A stretch of DNA of 64,000 bases from Histomonas meleagridis 2922-C6/04-290x (taxonomy: Eukaryota > Protista > Parabasalia): the NCBI GenBank assembly GCA_020184695.1, contig JAANOX010000253.1:62001-126000 (forward strand), in the 5' to 3' direction. The notes beneath the pieces were generated by a model, which was not told the origin of the DNA, made no database searches, and saw only the letters and a program-made list of their open reading frames with translations. Position numbers and translations under genes: made by a program. Positions 42,293 through 52,898 of the stretch are shown here, one piece after another. Positions within the stretch are counted from its first letter, which is position 1. Each line of letters opens with the position of its first letter.

Positions 42293-42631
42293 TTATGGAG
42301 ATTTTTGAACTTTTTTAATACTAGAATCAGGACTAGACACGCCTTTATATGGGGAGCTCTTACCAGATGTTTGATTATCATTTTGTTTTGATTCATTTGA
42401 TTTTTTTTCTACAAGATAATAAACAATTGATGTTACTATCAAAGAAGCAATGAGTATGTAGTATGTACTTGGGTTAAACATAAACCAAACTGTACATATT
42501 AGTGTATAAAATATACATACACATAAAAGTCCTTTTAGCTTTGGGAGATCATTTAACAACGAAATCCCCTTTGGTTTCTTTAATGAAGGTGTTGGGCTTC
42601 TGCTTGCGAAATTCGATGTTTGTGCTGACAT
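42293..42631 (-). CDS. Small two-TM hypothetical protein
   Basis: ATG start, two hydrophobic helices, Ser/Lys-rich termini. Confidence 0.6.
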   Translation of the reverse strand: MSAQTSNFASRSPTPSLKKPKGISLLNDLPKLKGLLCVCIFYTLICTVWFMFNPSTYYILIASLIVTSIVYYLVEKKSNESKQNDNQTSGKSSPYKGVSSPDSSIKKVQKSP

Positions 42632-42825
42632 TAAAAATATTTCTAATTTCTAAACCGACTTTAATTTCAACATCACCAACCTCCTCATCCACACAATTTT
42701 TGAGTCTGTATTGAAACCATTTCATTTTTTTAATGAATTTGATCATTTTATTCAAAATATTCATTGAATTCATTCAAAACGAGGGTAAACCTATGAATTT
42801 GCTTTTTTTCTTTATAAAGAAAGTT

Positions 42826-44133
42826 TTATTCATTACCTTTTGCAGTTTTAATTATTTCACTAATCGATTGATAAGTACAAGCGACCATAGCAACAATAGT
42901 GAACAATATTATGAAGTAAGCAGCGATTTTTTTGTACAATGGTGTGTTACTATTTGCGGATTTCACAAAGAACAAACCCGGCATTAAGAATATTATAGTT
43001 GGCGTAAACAAGCCGCCGACCAAATCGAAGAAAAGCAACACGTTATCTGAAGATGCAGCGAGTAAAGCAGCACCAATGCACATAGAGCCGCCTATTATTA
43101 TCCATCTTAAATTCGACATCTTTCTGCCTTTAAACAAAATCCTGTTTACGGAGTATCTGGCAGCCCATAGAACCAATGGAGCAGATATGATAAGTACAAT
43201 AACTACGCCAATGATCGTAATTATTGTAAACCAATGTCTCGGAGGATAATATTCGAGTGAACTTCCATTTCCAAGTGTATCGAAAAGATCAAAATATGTA
43301 ATCATGCCAAACATGTTATATAAAAGAAATGCTACTGCAACAACAACGATACTGAGTTGTTTGCAGCGTTTAAATGTGCAATTCTTCATATGGCCAATGC
43401 ATGAAAATACATTAATATGACAATTATATGCCATGGAATTAACACCAAAGGCAGTGATAATGACATCATAACGTTTGAAATTGAAGAAACGAAGTTCGTT
43501 GCGAGGATCAAATCCTAATTCTGAAACATCTTTAATCAGCCAAAACGTGGCATGAACTATAAGAATGATAATAAACACAAAGGAAAGAGCTGTGAGCTTT
43601 TCTAGAGCTTGAATATCTTTGAATATTGTTAATGGAAATGCAATGATAGCGGATGTTGCAAAAACCCAAAAAACATTGGAGCCGAGAATAATATTACTGG
43701 AACCAATAAGGCGATTAAGAAGGCGTCCATTCCAATGTGCATATATCATAGCTGATCCAAACTGAACTAAAAATATCATAAGATCTGGAATCCACATCCA
43801 ACGTTCACCAAAACAATGTGCAAATAATTCGTGATAATCATATTTACGGAAGTTTTTGCCGGATTCAATTAAACAAGTCATAGCAATATAAGAGACTATG
43901 CCAAAAAGAAGTGAAATAAGAAGTGATGTAAAAACTCCTGAAGTATAACAGTATGGAATTAATAAAGTACCAGAACCAATTGCGGTATTAACAAGAATTA
44001 AAAAGCATCCTCCCATTGATAATTTTTCTTCAATGGGATGATCAAAAACATTATCGCTATTGATTATTTCGCCTTGTTCAGAATGAACATAACTAATTTG
44101 TCCATCGCTTTCGAGGAGAGGCTGTGAGCTCAT
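42826..44133 (-). CDS. AAAP/SLC38-type amino acid transporter
   Basis: LVNTAIGSGTLLIPY, AYNCHINV, about 11 TM segments. Confidence 0.9.
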   Translation of the reverse strand: MSSQPLLESDGQISYVHSEQGEIINSDNVFDHPIEEKLSMGGCFLILVNTAIGSGTLLIPYCYTSGVFTSLLISLLFGIVSYIAMTCLIESGKNFRKYDYHELFAHCFGERWMWIPDLMIFLVQFGSAMIYAHWNGRLLNRLIGSSNIILGSNVFWVFATSAIIAFPLTIFKDIQALEKLTALSFVFIIILIVHATFWLIKDVSELGFDPRNELRFFNFKRYDVIITAFGVNSMAYNCHINVFSCIGHMKNCTFKRCKQLSIVVVAVAFLLYNMFGMITYFDLFDTLGNGSSLEYYPPRHWFTIITIIGVVIVLIISAPLVLWAARYSVNRILFKGRKMSNLRWIIIGGSMCIGAALLAASSDNVLLFFDLVGGLFTPTIIFLMPGLFFVKSANSNTPLYKKIAAYFIILFTIVAMVACTYQSISEIIKTAKGNE

Positions 44134-44243
44134 GTGAGGTTGTTCAAATACAACAAAGAGGTTAAGTATTCAAAGCAACTACTCACAATAGATAAACCAT
44201 TCAATGTTCAACACCAAAACGTGCCAAAGGGGCACCCCGATTT

Positions 44244-44269
44244 TGCGGTTATTAACGGTTTGGTCCTTT
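44244..44269 (+). promoter_or_regulatory. RPLP1 core promoter with two M3 (Myb-type) sites and M5 (CCTTT)
   Basis: TGCGGTTA at 44244-44251 and AACGGTTT at 44254-44261 fit the T. vaginalis M3 consensus DRCSGYTD. CCTTT at 44265-44269 ends 9 nt before the ATG. Lies in a 145-bp divergent intergenic region. Confidence 0.65.
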
Positions 44270-44278
44270 TAAGAGCAA

Positions 44279-44596
44279 ATGGCATCACAAGAACTTGCAG
44301 TTGTTTATGCAGCACTCATATTAAATGATGACGGAATTGAAATAACAGCAGATAAGATTAATAAGCTCATTCAAGCTGCTGGTATTAAAATTGAATCATA
44401 TTGGGTTGATCTCTTTGCAGAATATTTCAAAAATCACGATATCACAGAACTTGTAAAGGGAACAGCTCTTGGTGGAGCAGCACCAGCAGCAGGTGGTTCA
44501 ACTGCAGCAACAGAAGAAAAGAAGGAAGAAGAAAAGAAGAAAGAAGAAGAAGAGGTTGTTGAAATGATGGGAGGCTTTGATGATCTTTTCGACTAA
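44279..44596 (+). CDS. RPLP1: 60S acidic ribosomal protein P1
   Basis: ELAVVYAALILNDDGIEITADKINKLIQAAG, Ala/Gly hinge, acidic tail ending MGGFDDLFD. Confidence 0.95.
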   Translation: MASQELAVVYAALILNDDGIEITADKINKLIQAAGIKIESYWVDLFAEYFKNHDITELVKGTALGGAAPAAGGSTAATEEKKEEEKKKEEEEVVEMMGGFDDLFD

Positions 44597-44731
44597 AACA
44601 ACTTTTTTATAACTTCATTTTATTATTTCCAAATTTTCATTAATAATATGATTGACTCAAAGATACATTTAATTAATTTTCCTTAACTTACAATTCTTTA
44701 CGTGATACAATTTTTACAAAAAAATCTATTT

Positions 44732-45808
44732 TCATTGGTTATCCATTAAACTGCATTGGATTGGATGCGAACAAAATGGACAGTTACCGAAAATGTATTG
44801 ATAACTTTGTTCCGAGTCACGCTTTGTTCTTAGCCAATCGGACAGACAAGATCTGTGGAACCTTTTCGCGCACTTCGGGTTCCCGCAAATAATTTCCGGT
44901 AATTCTCCGCCAAGTCTTTCAAGATAACAAATCCCGCAATCGAAGTCCGTTTCCTGCATTTCTTCTGAATCGCGTTTTGGCAATTTCATTTCCAAAATGT
45001 TTTCGATGTTTTTCATGAGTGAAATATCGATTCTCCATTTTCCTTTCTGATATTTTTCGCGCATTTGTTGGCTCTGTTCTTCCGCACCAATAAATACTAC
45101 TTTGGGTGGATGCATAGGTCGTTTCGGTGATAACTCAAGTTGAAGTTGAACTTGATTCGTGAGGACAATCCTTCGAATACAACAATTTAATGATGGCTCA
45201 CGAGGTTCTATAACAAAGGCTTCGCGATCAAGCTCTTCGAGTTGACTCCAAAGAGGTTCGAAAAGTGGAATTTGATCTTTAATAATCTCGATGATTGAAA
45301 CGAGATGTGATTTAGTGGAATCCCATTCATATTTGGGCGTAATCGGAAGATTTGTTGTGACCTTAGGTGGTGTCTTTGGAAACGTTGGTTGGAAATCAAA
45401 GCGAACTTCGATTTTCCTGCCTTTTTTATCTGTTATTATTACTTCAAAAAATGATAGCGTTGGATCAATGTTTGAAACCAAATCCCAACCAATCTCACGA
45501 ATTTCATCTAAAACTCTTTGGAAAAAGGTGGAATTTGGAAAAATATTGGATGATGGTTGATTTATCATCATTTTTGAAACAAGGTAAAATATTTGTTGAC
45601 AAAAGTGATCAATGCTAGGCGCATTTTCTAATTCGCTTTTGAGATAATTTTCTTTGCCTTTAAGGATGTTTGCCAATTTTGATTCTGCTTGGAAAAAAAG
45701 AGGATCTTTGGAAAGCTTACACATAAAATCAGTATTGCCAACAGACATCAAACAAATATATAAATTTTTTGTTTTGCATGGTAAGACATAGCAATGTGTT
45801 GAATTCAT
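44732..45808 (-). CDS. FANCL: FANCL E3 ubiquitin ligase
   Basis: RWD-like domains and RING DCGICY...CGNPKCAKRFHRSCLSDWL...IFGNCPFCSHPI. Confidence 0.9.
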   Translation of the reverse strand: MNSTHCYVLPCKTKNLYICLMSVGNTDFMCKLSKDPLFFQAESKLANILKGKENYLKSELENAPSIDHFCQQIFYLVSKMMINQPSSNIFPNSTFFQRVLDEIREIGWDLVSNIDPTLSFFEVIITDKKGRKIEVRFDFQPTFPKTPPKVTTNLPITPKYEWDSTKSHLVSIIEIIKDQIPLFEPLWSQLEELDREAFVIEPREPSLNCCIRRIVLTNQVQLQLELSPKRPMHPPKVVFIGAEEQSQQMREKYQKGKWRIDISLMKNIENILEMKLPKRDSEEMQETDFDCGICYLERLGGELPEIICGNPKCAKRFHRSCLSDWLRTKRDSEQSYQYIFGNCPFCSHPIQCSLMDNQ

Positions 45809-46294
45809 TTCATTAGATGGAGCCCGTTTAATCCAAAACACGAAATTTAAATCAATTGCTCAACTCTTGTGATGAATTATGCTTCCTACCAGCATGTGCT
45901 TGTGCTAATTATATCAAGTGGAAACATATTATTACAAAAAAAATTCAAGTTTTATCCAAAATCTTTTAAAATAAAAAAGAATAATAAATTTATTTTCTAA
46001 GCTATTGCATGCAACGGGAGGTATATACTTCTAATAAATTGATTGGAATCAATATACAGATATTGTACAAATAAATTTATAGAAAATCGTTTTTTTTTTT
46101 CGAAAATTAGAAATATTTTTCCTTTAGTGAGAACTTCTGGATTTAATAAAAATTATTTTATTTAAAAGAGAAGCATGAACATAATTTTACTTGTTATTTT
46201 TGATTTGATCAAATTGCTTTGAAGGAAAATGAATGTCACTTTTGATTTACGCTTTAGATTTGTAAAGTCGCCGATCAAAAAGTGAATAATTATA

Positions 46295-46683
46295 ATGATG
46301 AACGAAAAGAAAACAGAAGAGTGTTACAAAGTTATCAATTATTTGAAATTTCTTTTATCACTGGAACAAGTAGTTTTTAATTTAACTAAAAAAAATCTTG
46401 ATATATCTGTCGAGCGAACTATGGAATTAAATTTGATTTAATCTTTCCAAATTCATTTCTCAAAATTTTTTCCAATTTAGTTTATTATGCATTTTTATCA
46501 CTAAAATATGTCGATGATATTTACATAAAATATTTAGAAGCAATTCAAATAAAAACAGAAGAAATGAACAAAGATTATCCAAAAACTATTGAAATTTTTT
46601 ATGATTACATATCAAAAATGGCAACATCAGAGGCATCTTTTCTAATAGAAAAAATGATTGAACGAAACCTAATAGATAAAAGA
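46295..46683 (+). pseudogene. Truncated, frameshifted N-terminus of the DUF3447-ankyrin family
   Basis: LLSLEQVVFNLTKKN...TMEL (frameshift near 46430) FDLIFPNSF...SNLVYYAFLS...IYIKYLEAIQIK aligns by eye with the start of the 36661 protein. Confidence 0.75.
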
Positions 46684-48021
46684 TCATTTTTAATCAGGTT
46701 ATTGTTCTCTGTTATATTTTTTTCTCGTTTTTCCTTTGTATTTAATATTTCTATGAATAGCTTGTGATTTTTTGTTTTTGTATTTATATCATAATCGAAT
46801 GTTTTTTTATTTAATTTAAATATATTTTTGTTTTTTCATCATGAATGTAGAAAATTTGAAGTAATTTATAATATTTTACAAGATTATTTGTTAAATCCAT
46901 CATAATTATATCATATTTTACATATTTTATTTTGATAAATATCAATCATAAATAAATTAAAAAATAATATATGATGTATTTTCTTGCTTAATTTTCTGAG
47001 CCATTATTGAATCAGATATCTATTGGATAGTATTTATAAATTTATAGGTTTCGAGTTGATATCTTTATCTCCATTACCTTATACATTAAAATGATCGATT
47101 TATCATATTTGAATTCGAGAATACCTGACATACATTCTGAGGCATCTGTCAATGGTGATTTTTTTAATTTTATATCATTCTTATAGAGTCATTCTTATAT
47201 TTTTCGATCAAAAACTCCAATTTGTGAGGTGAACAACATCATTTTCTATCAATCAAGAAACCCAAATTGCATATTCAAATTACGAATTCTTTGATTCAAA
47301 TGAATTGTAGATTATTCAATTTATTTTTTTGGGAAACATTACTGAAAGAATGAAGCATAAAAAAAAAAATACAGCAGTCCAAATATATAGTCAGGCTGGC
47401 ATATTTAAATGAATATTAAACTTTATAATTGAATGGGTCCCATTAAAAAACTATTACACAATATTGTGTTCAGAATGTTCTTTTTTTTCATCAAAAAAAT
47501 AAAAATCTCATATTTTCCAACCAAAAATGCATATTTTGCAAAACCATATATATGAAAATATTACTAATCGATTATAGATTATTTGACACATTTAAGCGTT
47601 AGGTTTTATTCATCTCTTAAATTTTTATCAAATAATTAAATCGAAAAATTAAAGTCTCATTTTCTGCAACCAATATATTTGTAAAACCAAATAAAATTAT
47701 TTTAATTAAAACGTACAACAAAAATTTTGATTGAAAATGATCACATAACAAAAAATATATAAAAAACCATTTTTGAGCACTTTTTGACCATCGAAATATA
47801 AATATCTTGGTAAATCATTAAAATTAAAAAATATAATATTTAATTTATTTTAATAAAATAGTAAAAAAATAGACCACTGCCACTTCACAGAACTTTTTAG
47901 ATACGATTTAAAATAAAGTGATAATAAAATGAAGAAAATTGAATGAAAAAAATCATTCTTAAGATTTCAAGAACTACCATTAATAAAAAATCATATACAT
48001 CAAAAATAATTAAGATTGGAC

Positions 48022-48465
48022 TTAAAAAAATATATATTTTGAAAAAATCGATTTCAAAATTTCCAAAATTATTATAATAAATGTTAAATAAAACAAATAA
48101 ATATCCTTAGCATCAATATCAATTCCTTTTCGTTTTAGCATATATTTAATAAATTCTATATTTTTTGATTTTACTGCAGAAATAAAAATATCAGATCCAT
48201 TTTTATTATATCTATAAAAATGTTTAACAAGGAATATGTTATCATTTATTGCTGCTTCATTAATAACAAATTCATTAACTTTCATATTATCTTCAAGTAA
48301 AAATAAAAGAATTTCATAATTTCCATTTGATTTATTTTCATACAATTTGTCTAATTTATTATCATAAATATATTTAATAATTTCATTTTTATGGAATTGG
48401 ATTGCCACTTCATATGCACCTTTAAATGATGATGAATGGTTTTGTTCACATTAATGAATGATTTC
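48022..48465 (-). pseudogene. Internal fragment of the DUF3447-ankyrin family running into a spacer
   Basis: EIIH*CEQNHSSSFKGAYEVAIQFHKNEIIKY...KGIDIDAKDI, then a spacer starting TATTTG TTTTATTTAACATTTATTAT AATAATTTTGG at 48099 on the minus strand. Confidence 0.75.
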
Positions 48466-48531
48466 TCATGTGTCACTTTTATATTTGGTTAGAAATTCCC
48501 CTTTAAAAGGGTAATTAAAATTATTCAAGTC

Positions 48532-49326
48532 ATGGCAATCAATCCTCAAGCTGCAAGCCAATTCCAACGCCAAGTTTTCACGCCTAATAGTTCAAGACCA
48601 ATTGGTCTTACAGTAAGTACTAACCGAGTTCCACACCAATTAACTATTCAAAAAAATGTTAAAACAAACTCAATTACAGTTCAACCAGCTCGAAGCGAAA
48701 AGAAAACTCTGAACCTACAGTTGAACACTCCAAATGGTCCAGAAGTTATTAGAACCGCTCCTACAATAACTCTACCTCCACCTCGCGCTGTCACGCCACA
48801 AAACATTGCACCATCACCAGAAAAGTTCCTTCAAGTGACTCCTCCTCAAGTTCAACCAAAACCACAACAGATTCGCCAACCACCACAATCTCCAGTATAT
48901 CATCAAGTATCTTTGAATTCGTTTGTTATGTCGTTTGATTATGGTAAAACATTCAACGAAACAGATTTATCAACACTTGGGCTTGATTTGAAGTGCCAAG
49001 AGCCATTATTGCCAATGCTCCATTCAGTTCTTTCAGATGCACCTCTTTTAGACCACTCTTGTTATCCTATTCCAGAATGCTACGCAAAGGTATCACCAGC
49101 AGGCAAACCAGAAGAGAAAATTTCGCTTTTTTCAGATCAAACATTATTATTTATCTTCTATACACATCCAAACAGTGAGTTGCAAGAGAAAGCGGCAAAT
49201 AAACTCATCAAAAAAGGTTACAAATACAGTCCAGAAAATGAAGAATGGACAACACCAGATGGATATCAATGGAATTTGGAACAATGGAAAGAAGTAGAAG
49301 AAACTCAAACGAACAATGAAAGTTAG
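48532..49326 (+). CDS. NOT2: CCR4-NOT subunit, NOT2-like
   Basis: Pro/Gln-rich N-terminus; NOT box YPIPECY...KISLFSDQTLLFIFYTHP...QEKAANKL. Confidence 0.8.
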   Translation: MAINPQAASQFQRQVFTPNSSRPIGLTVSTNRVPHQLTIQKNVKTNSITVQPARSEKKTLNLQLNTPNGPEVIRTAPTITLPPPRAVTPQNIAPSPEKFLQVTPPQVQPKPQQIRQPPQSPVYHQVSLNSFVMSFDYGKTFNETDLSTLGLDLKCQEPLLPMLHSVLSDAPLLDHSCYPIPECYAKVSPAGKPEEKISLFSDQTLLFIFYTHPNSELQEKAANKLIKKGYKYSPENEEWTTPDGYQWNLEQWKEVEETQTNNES

Positions 49327-49377
49327 TTTTATTCTTTTTATAGTCATTAAAAGGTTTAATTGAAATATGTATATGAT

Positions 49378-49635
49378 TTATTCTATATTTGAGTCATTTT
49401 GGATCTGTTGATAAAAAAGTGATTCCTTAAAAACAAGCTGGCGCTTGCTTTTGGTGTAGTTGTCGAGAGCTTGCATTTTCTGTGAGAAAGACTCTCTGAT
49501 TGTTTCACATTCTTTTAAAAATTCAGGTGATGTCTCATTCACAATAGAATAGTATTCATCACATAATTCTTCGAATTTCTTTTGGCTATCTATTTCTTCT
49601 TCTTCCTCTTCATTTTTGGAATTCTTGGTCTCCAT
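49378..49635 (-). CDS. Short acidic helical protein with weak Sds3/BRMS1-like N-terminal resemblance
   Basis: NETSPEFLKECETIRESFSQKMQ recalls the Sds3-family THPEY..EL segment; only 85 aa, possibly truncated. Confidence 0.4.
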   Translation of the reverse strand: METKNSKNEEEEEEIDSQKKFEELCDEYYSIVNETSPEFLKECETIRESFSQKMQALDNYTKSKRQLVFKESLFYQQIQNDSNIE

Positions 49636-50119
49636 TTTTTTATAGGAAATGTTATGTGAAAAGAGTTCTCCAAACTTTATTTAATGAAGTTCAAGTTCAA
49701 GTGTTTCCTAAATTTTTCAGTATTTATTATGAATTATACAATTAAATAAATTTACATTATCTAAAAAATCAAAAAATAATTGGGATTTTCTTCATATATT
49801 TTTGGTAATTCATGTTTTAAAATTATTTAAAAAATATCATAATGTTTTCTTTTCTTCATTAAAAGAATCAATCAAAAATTTAATAATTTAATTATGTAAA
49901 CTTATTTTGATAATATTTTTTTATTTTCCATATAAAGAAATTAAAAAAAATAGATCATGATATATGACATAATGTCCCTCCACATGAGGAGGATTATAAA
50001 GGCAGATAATATTTCAAACGATTGAATTTTTCCACCATTATTTTCTCAATTTTGATTAATCATTTAAAAAAACGATAAAGCAATGAAAACTTATGATATT
50101 TCATTATTAAGAAGTGGAT

Positions 50120-50728
50120 ATGAATCAACCACAAACAGGATTTTATAGGAGATTTCTTTATTATGCAATCCTATTACTTTTGATTCTGTTTCTTATAAAT
50201 TCAATCTTAATTCTTATTTATTCTCTTTTTTGGTGGAATAAGATTCATCCATGGTTTCAATCTTTAAAATATTCATCCAAGTTATTACATTTAGCAATAA
50301 TGTTGCTTTGGATTTTTTCAGTTTTATCTATTCTTTTCTATTCACTTTCAGTCATCATTCTAAAATTTTTTAACAAAAAGAGAATGTTGTCTCTCTTAGC
50401 ATTTATATTATTTATATTATGTTCTATTATTATGTTAATTTCAGGTATTTTAGTATTATTAAACTCAACATATTTAAAGTGTGCTAAAATGAAAATGAGC
50501 CAAGTTTCTTTAAATAATAACACTGAATATATTAATTTCCTAAAAGATTATTATGCTAATGATCAAAAAAATTACATCAGAAAAGAATGCACTCAAAGGC
50601 GGTCATTTATGTTAGCATTAATAATTATTGATTTTATATTTTTTATGAGTTTTTTATCTTTATACATAATGTATATATTTTTATCAATAAATGATACGCA
50701 TGAAGAAGAATCTAAATCATACTCCTGA
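50120..50728 (+). CDS. Four-TM tetraspanin-like membrane protein
   Basis: Three N-terminal TMs, a loop with two Cys, a fourth TM and a short tail. Confidence 0.6.
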   Translation: MNQPQTGFYRRFLYYAILLLLILFLINSILILIYSLFWWNKIHPWFQSLKYSSKLLHLAIMLLWIFSVLSILFYSLSVIILKFFNKKRMLSLLAFILFILCSIIMLISGILVLLNSTYLKCAKMKMSQVSLNNNTEYINFLKDYYANDQKNYIRKECTQRRSFMLALIIIDFIFFMSFLSLYIMYIFLSINDTHEEESKSYS

Positions 50729-50958
50729 AAATTATGCAAAGTTAACTTTAAACATATATTTGAAAATACTTTTAAACTCATATCATATATTAAATAAATT
50801 TAATTCAGTTTAGGACGAGTTTAATAAAAATATCTCTTCATATTTCTATAAATTTAAATTTAAAGCTTTTTATTTTAATTGTTGAGATATCAAATCAGTT
50901 GTTGTTGAATATTTTGATGAGATAACATTAGTGCATGCACCACAAAGCATATTTCTTT
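50713..50958 (+). repeat. About 240-bp diverged inverted repeat (partner 55282-55516)
   Basis: Shared blocks ATCATACTCCTGAAAATTATGCAAAGTTAA, TTTATTTTAATTGTTGAGATATCAAAT and GTGCATGCACCACAAAGCATATTTCTTT occur in reverse complement at 55282-55516. Confidence 0.9.
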
Positions 50959-51996
50959 GCAATAATGTTAAAAATGCTTTTTGCTAATTATCAAAATGAT
51001 GGAATTTTATATGATAAAGAAATCAATAGAATCAATATTTATCCATCAGGAAATTTAAATGTTAAATTTGAAGTTCCATTTTCAGTAAAAGAAATTGGAA
51101 GTTGTTCTTTTGTTTCATGTATTAATTTAGAAACTATTTATATTGGCGAAAATGTTACTTCAATTGAAGTAAATGCATTTTCATCATGGGATAAACTCAA
51201 ATGCATTTATTACTTTGGCGAAACAGATCCAACAAATTCATCAAATATATTTATAAATGTAGCAGCAGAAATTGTCATGACAACAAATTCATATAATGGA
51301 TCAACATTTGGCGGATTAAATGTGGCTAAAGGAACAATAATAAATGAATGCGCCTTGTTAACGAATACATTTCCTAAGTCAAATACATATACTAAATCGA
51401 ATACATTAATGAAATCAAATGCATATACTAAGTCTAATGCATTTACGAATTCATATGAAATTTCATTTGTTGTTTCGAATTCATTTACTTTTTCATATTC
51501 GAATGGTACAACATTAACGAATACAATAACATTAACTCAATCATTATCTATTACGCAAACAATAAGTATTTATAACTCGACGTATTCGAATTCTTTTTCT
51601 GTTTCTATTTTTAATTCGGCATTAACTTATGTTTTGAGTGAATTTATTTATTACTAATATACTGTTGTTGTATATTCGACTTATTACATATACTATAGTA
51701 ATTTCTTTACAATTATATATCAAAATGAAAATATTAAAGATGATAATAAAAACACAATTATAATTATAAGTGTTTGCGTTTCAGTTGTCGTAATTGTAAT
51801 AATTGCAATACTTATCATAGTTTTGTTGCGAATTCATAATAAAAAACAAATAAGTAATGAACAAGAAGCAAAAAGTTTCGAAGAAAATCAAAATGAAAAA
51901 GAAAATACATTTGCAATGGGAACATCAACGAATAAGATTGATGAAGATCCATTTGCTGATGATTTCAAAGAAGAAAAATTCATTAATCATTTATAA
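50935..51996 (+). pseudogene. BspA-like LRR surface protein with an in-frame TAA before the TM
   Basis: TpLRR IGSCSFVSCINLETIYIGENVTSIEVNAF and SNTYTKSN repeats. After TAA at 51655-51657 the frame stays open through a TM and the tail IDEDPFADDFKEEKF to TAA at 51994-51996. Confidence 0.75.
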
Positions 51997-52306
51997 CATA
52001 TAAACATTTGCTTAGTAATTAAGTAAAAAAAAAATCGGTAAAACTTAAATTTACTAGTTGAGTAGCATTTTTATCATGAGATTTGTTGTGTTTAACATTT
52101 CAATGAATGCAATTGCATAGCACTGATAACATGTTAGTATGGATAAAATTTTTATTTTGTATTCTATTAATTTATCAAATCATAATGTCAAATTAACAAT
52201 TCAAAATCAGAATTACAACAAAATTTAGAATTTACCAAAACAAATTTTCACTTTGAATAATTTCATTACTAAAATCATTGATTCAATTTCCCTTCGAGGC
52301 AATTCC

Positions 52307-52474
52307 TTACACAATATGATGGTGTTTTCTTGTTTTACCCTTCTCATTGAGCAATCCTGCCTTTATCATCATCTTCTTCTTCTGCGCGACGGGGCCCTTG
52401 CCCCAACACTTCGGATATCTGTCCATGATGATTCGCTTAGTCTTTGCAGAGAAGCCATGGTCGCTATTGTACAT
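52307..52474 (-). pseudogene. CBF5: Isolated fragment of dyskerin/Cbf5 (C-terminal part of the core)
   Basis: [43 protein letters not shown] matches the conserved Cbf5/DKC1 segment [32 protein letters not shown]. Forms a GC-rich island in AT-rich DNA. Confidence 0.85.
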
Positions 52475-52898
52475 TTGCTCTGTTTTTGTAGTATTTCAAT
52501 TTTCCTTTGGGCTCTTGGCAAAAAATTTTTTTCATTAATGATGTTATATTCAAAGTAATATTCATTGATAATTATTTTCATGATATATATCTCAACATCA
52601 TTCATTTTAATTTTGCAATCTATTAATGAATAATATGAATAATGTTATATATTTAAAAGCATTTAATATTCATATAAAATTATGTTTAACAGATATTCAA
52701 ATGCTATGGCATTCTTGAAAGCAATGCCTATCAGAATGGAGGATGCCGATTTAATGAGGTCTTAAACACTCAGAGAAAAAAAGGTGTCTTTCTTTTACAA
52801 AATCTTTGAATACTCATCTTTGCCAATATTTATGTAAACATTAGAAAAAATCAATGGTGTTTTGAGTGTTAATCCAACGTTGCTCAATGCGATGCAAA

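Noticed and set aside
46990-47360. Possible decayed minus-strand ORF
   Set aside because: Too many stops and no identifiable motif.
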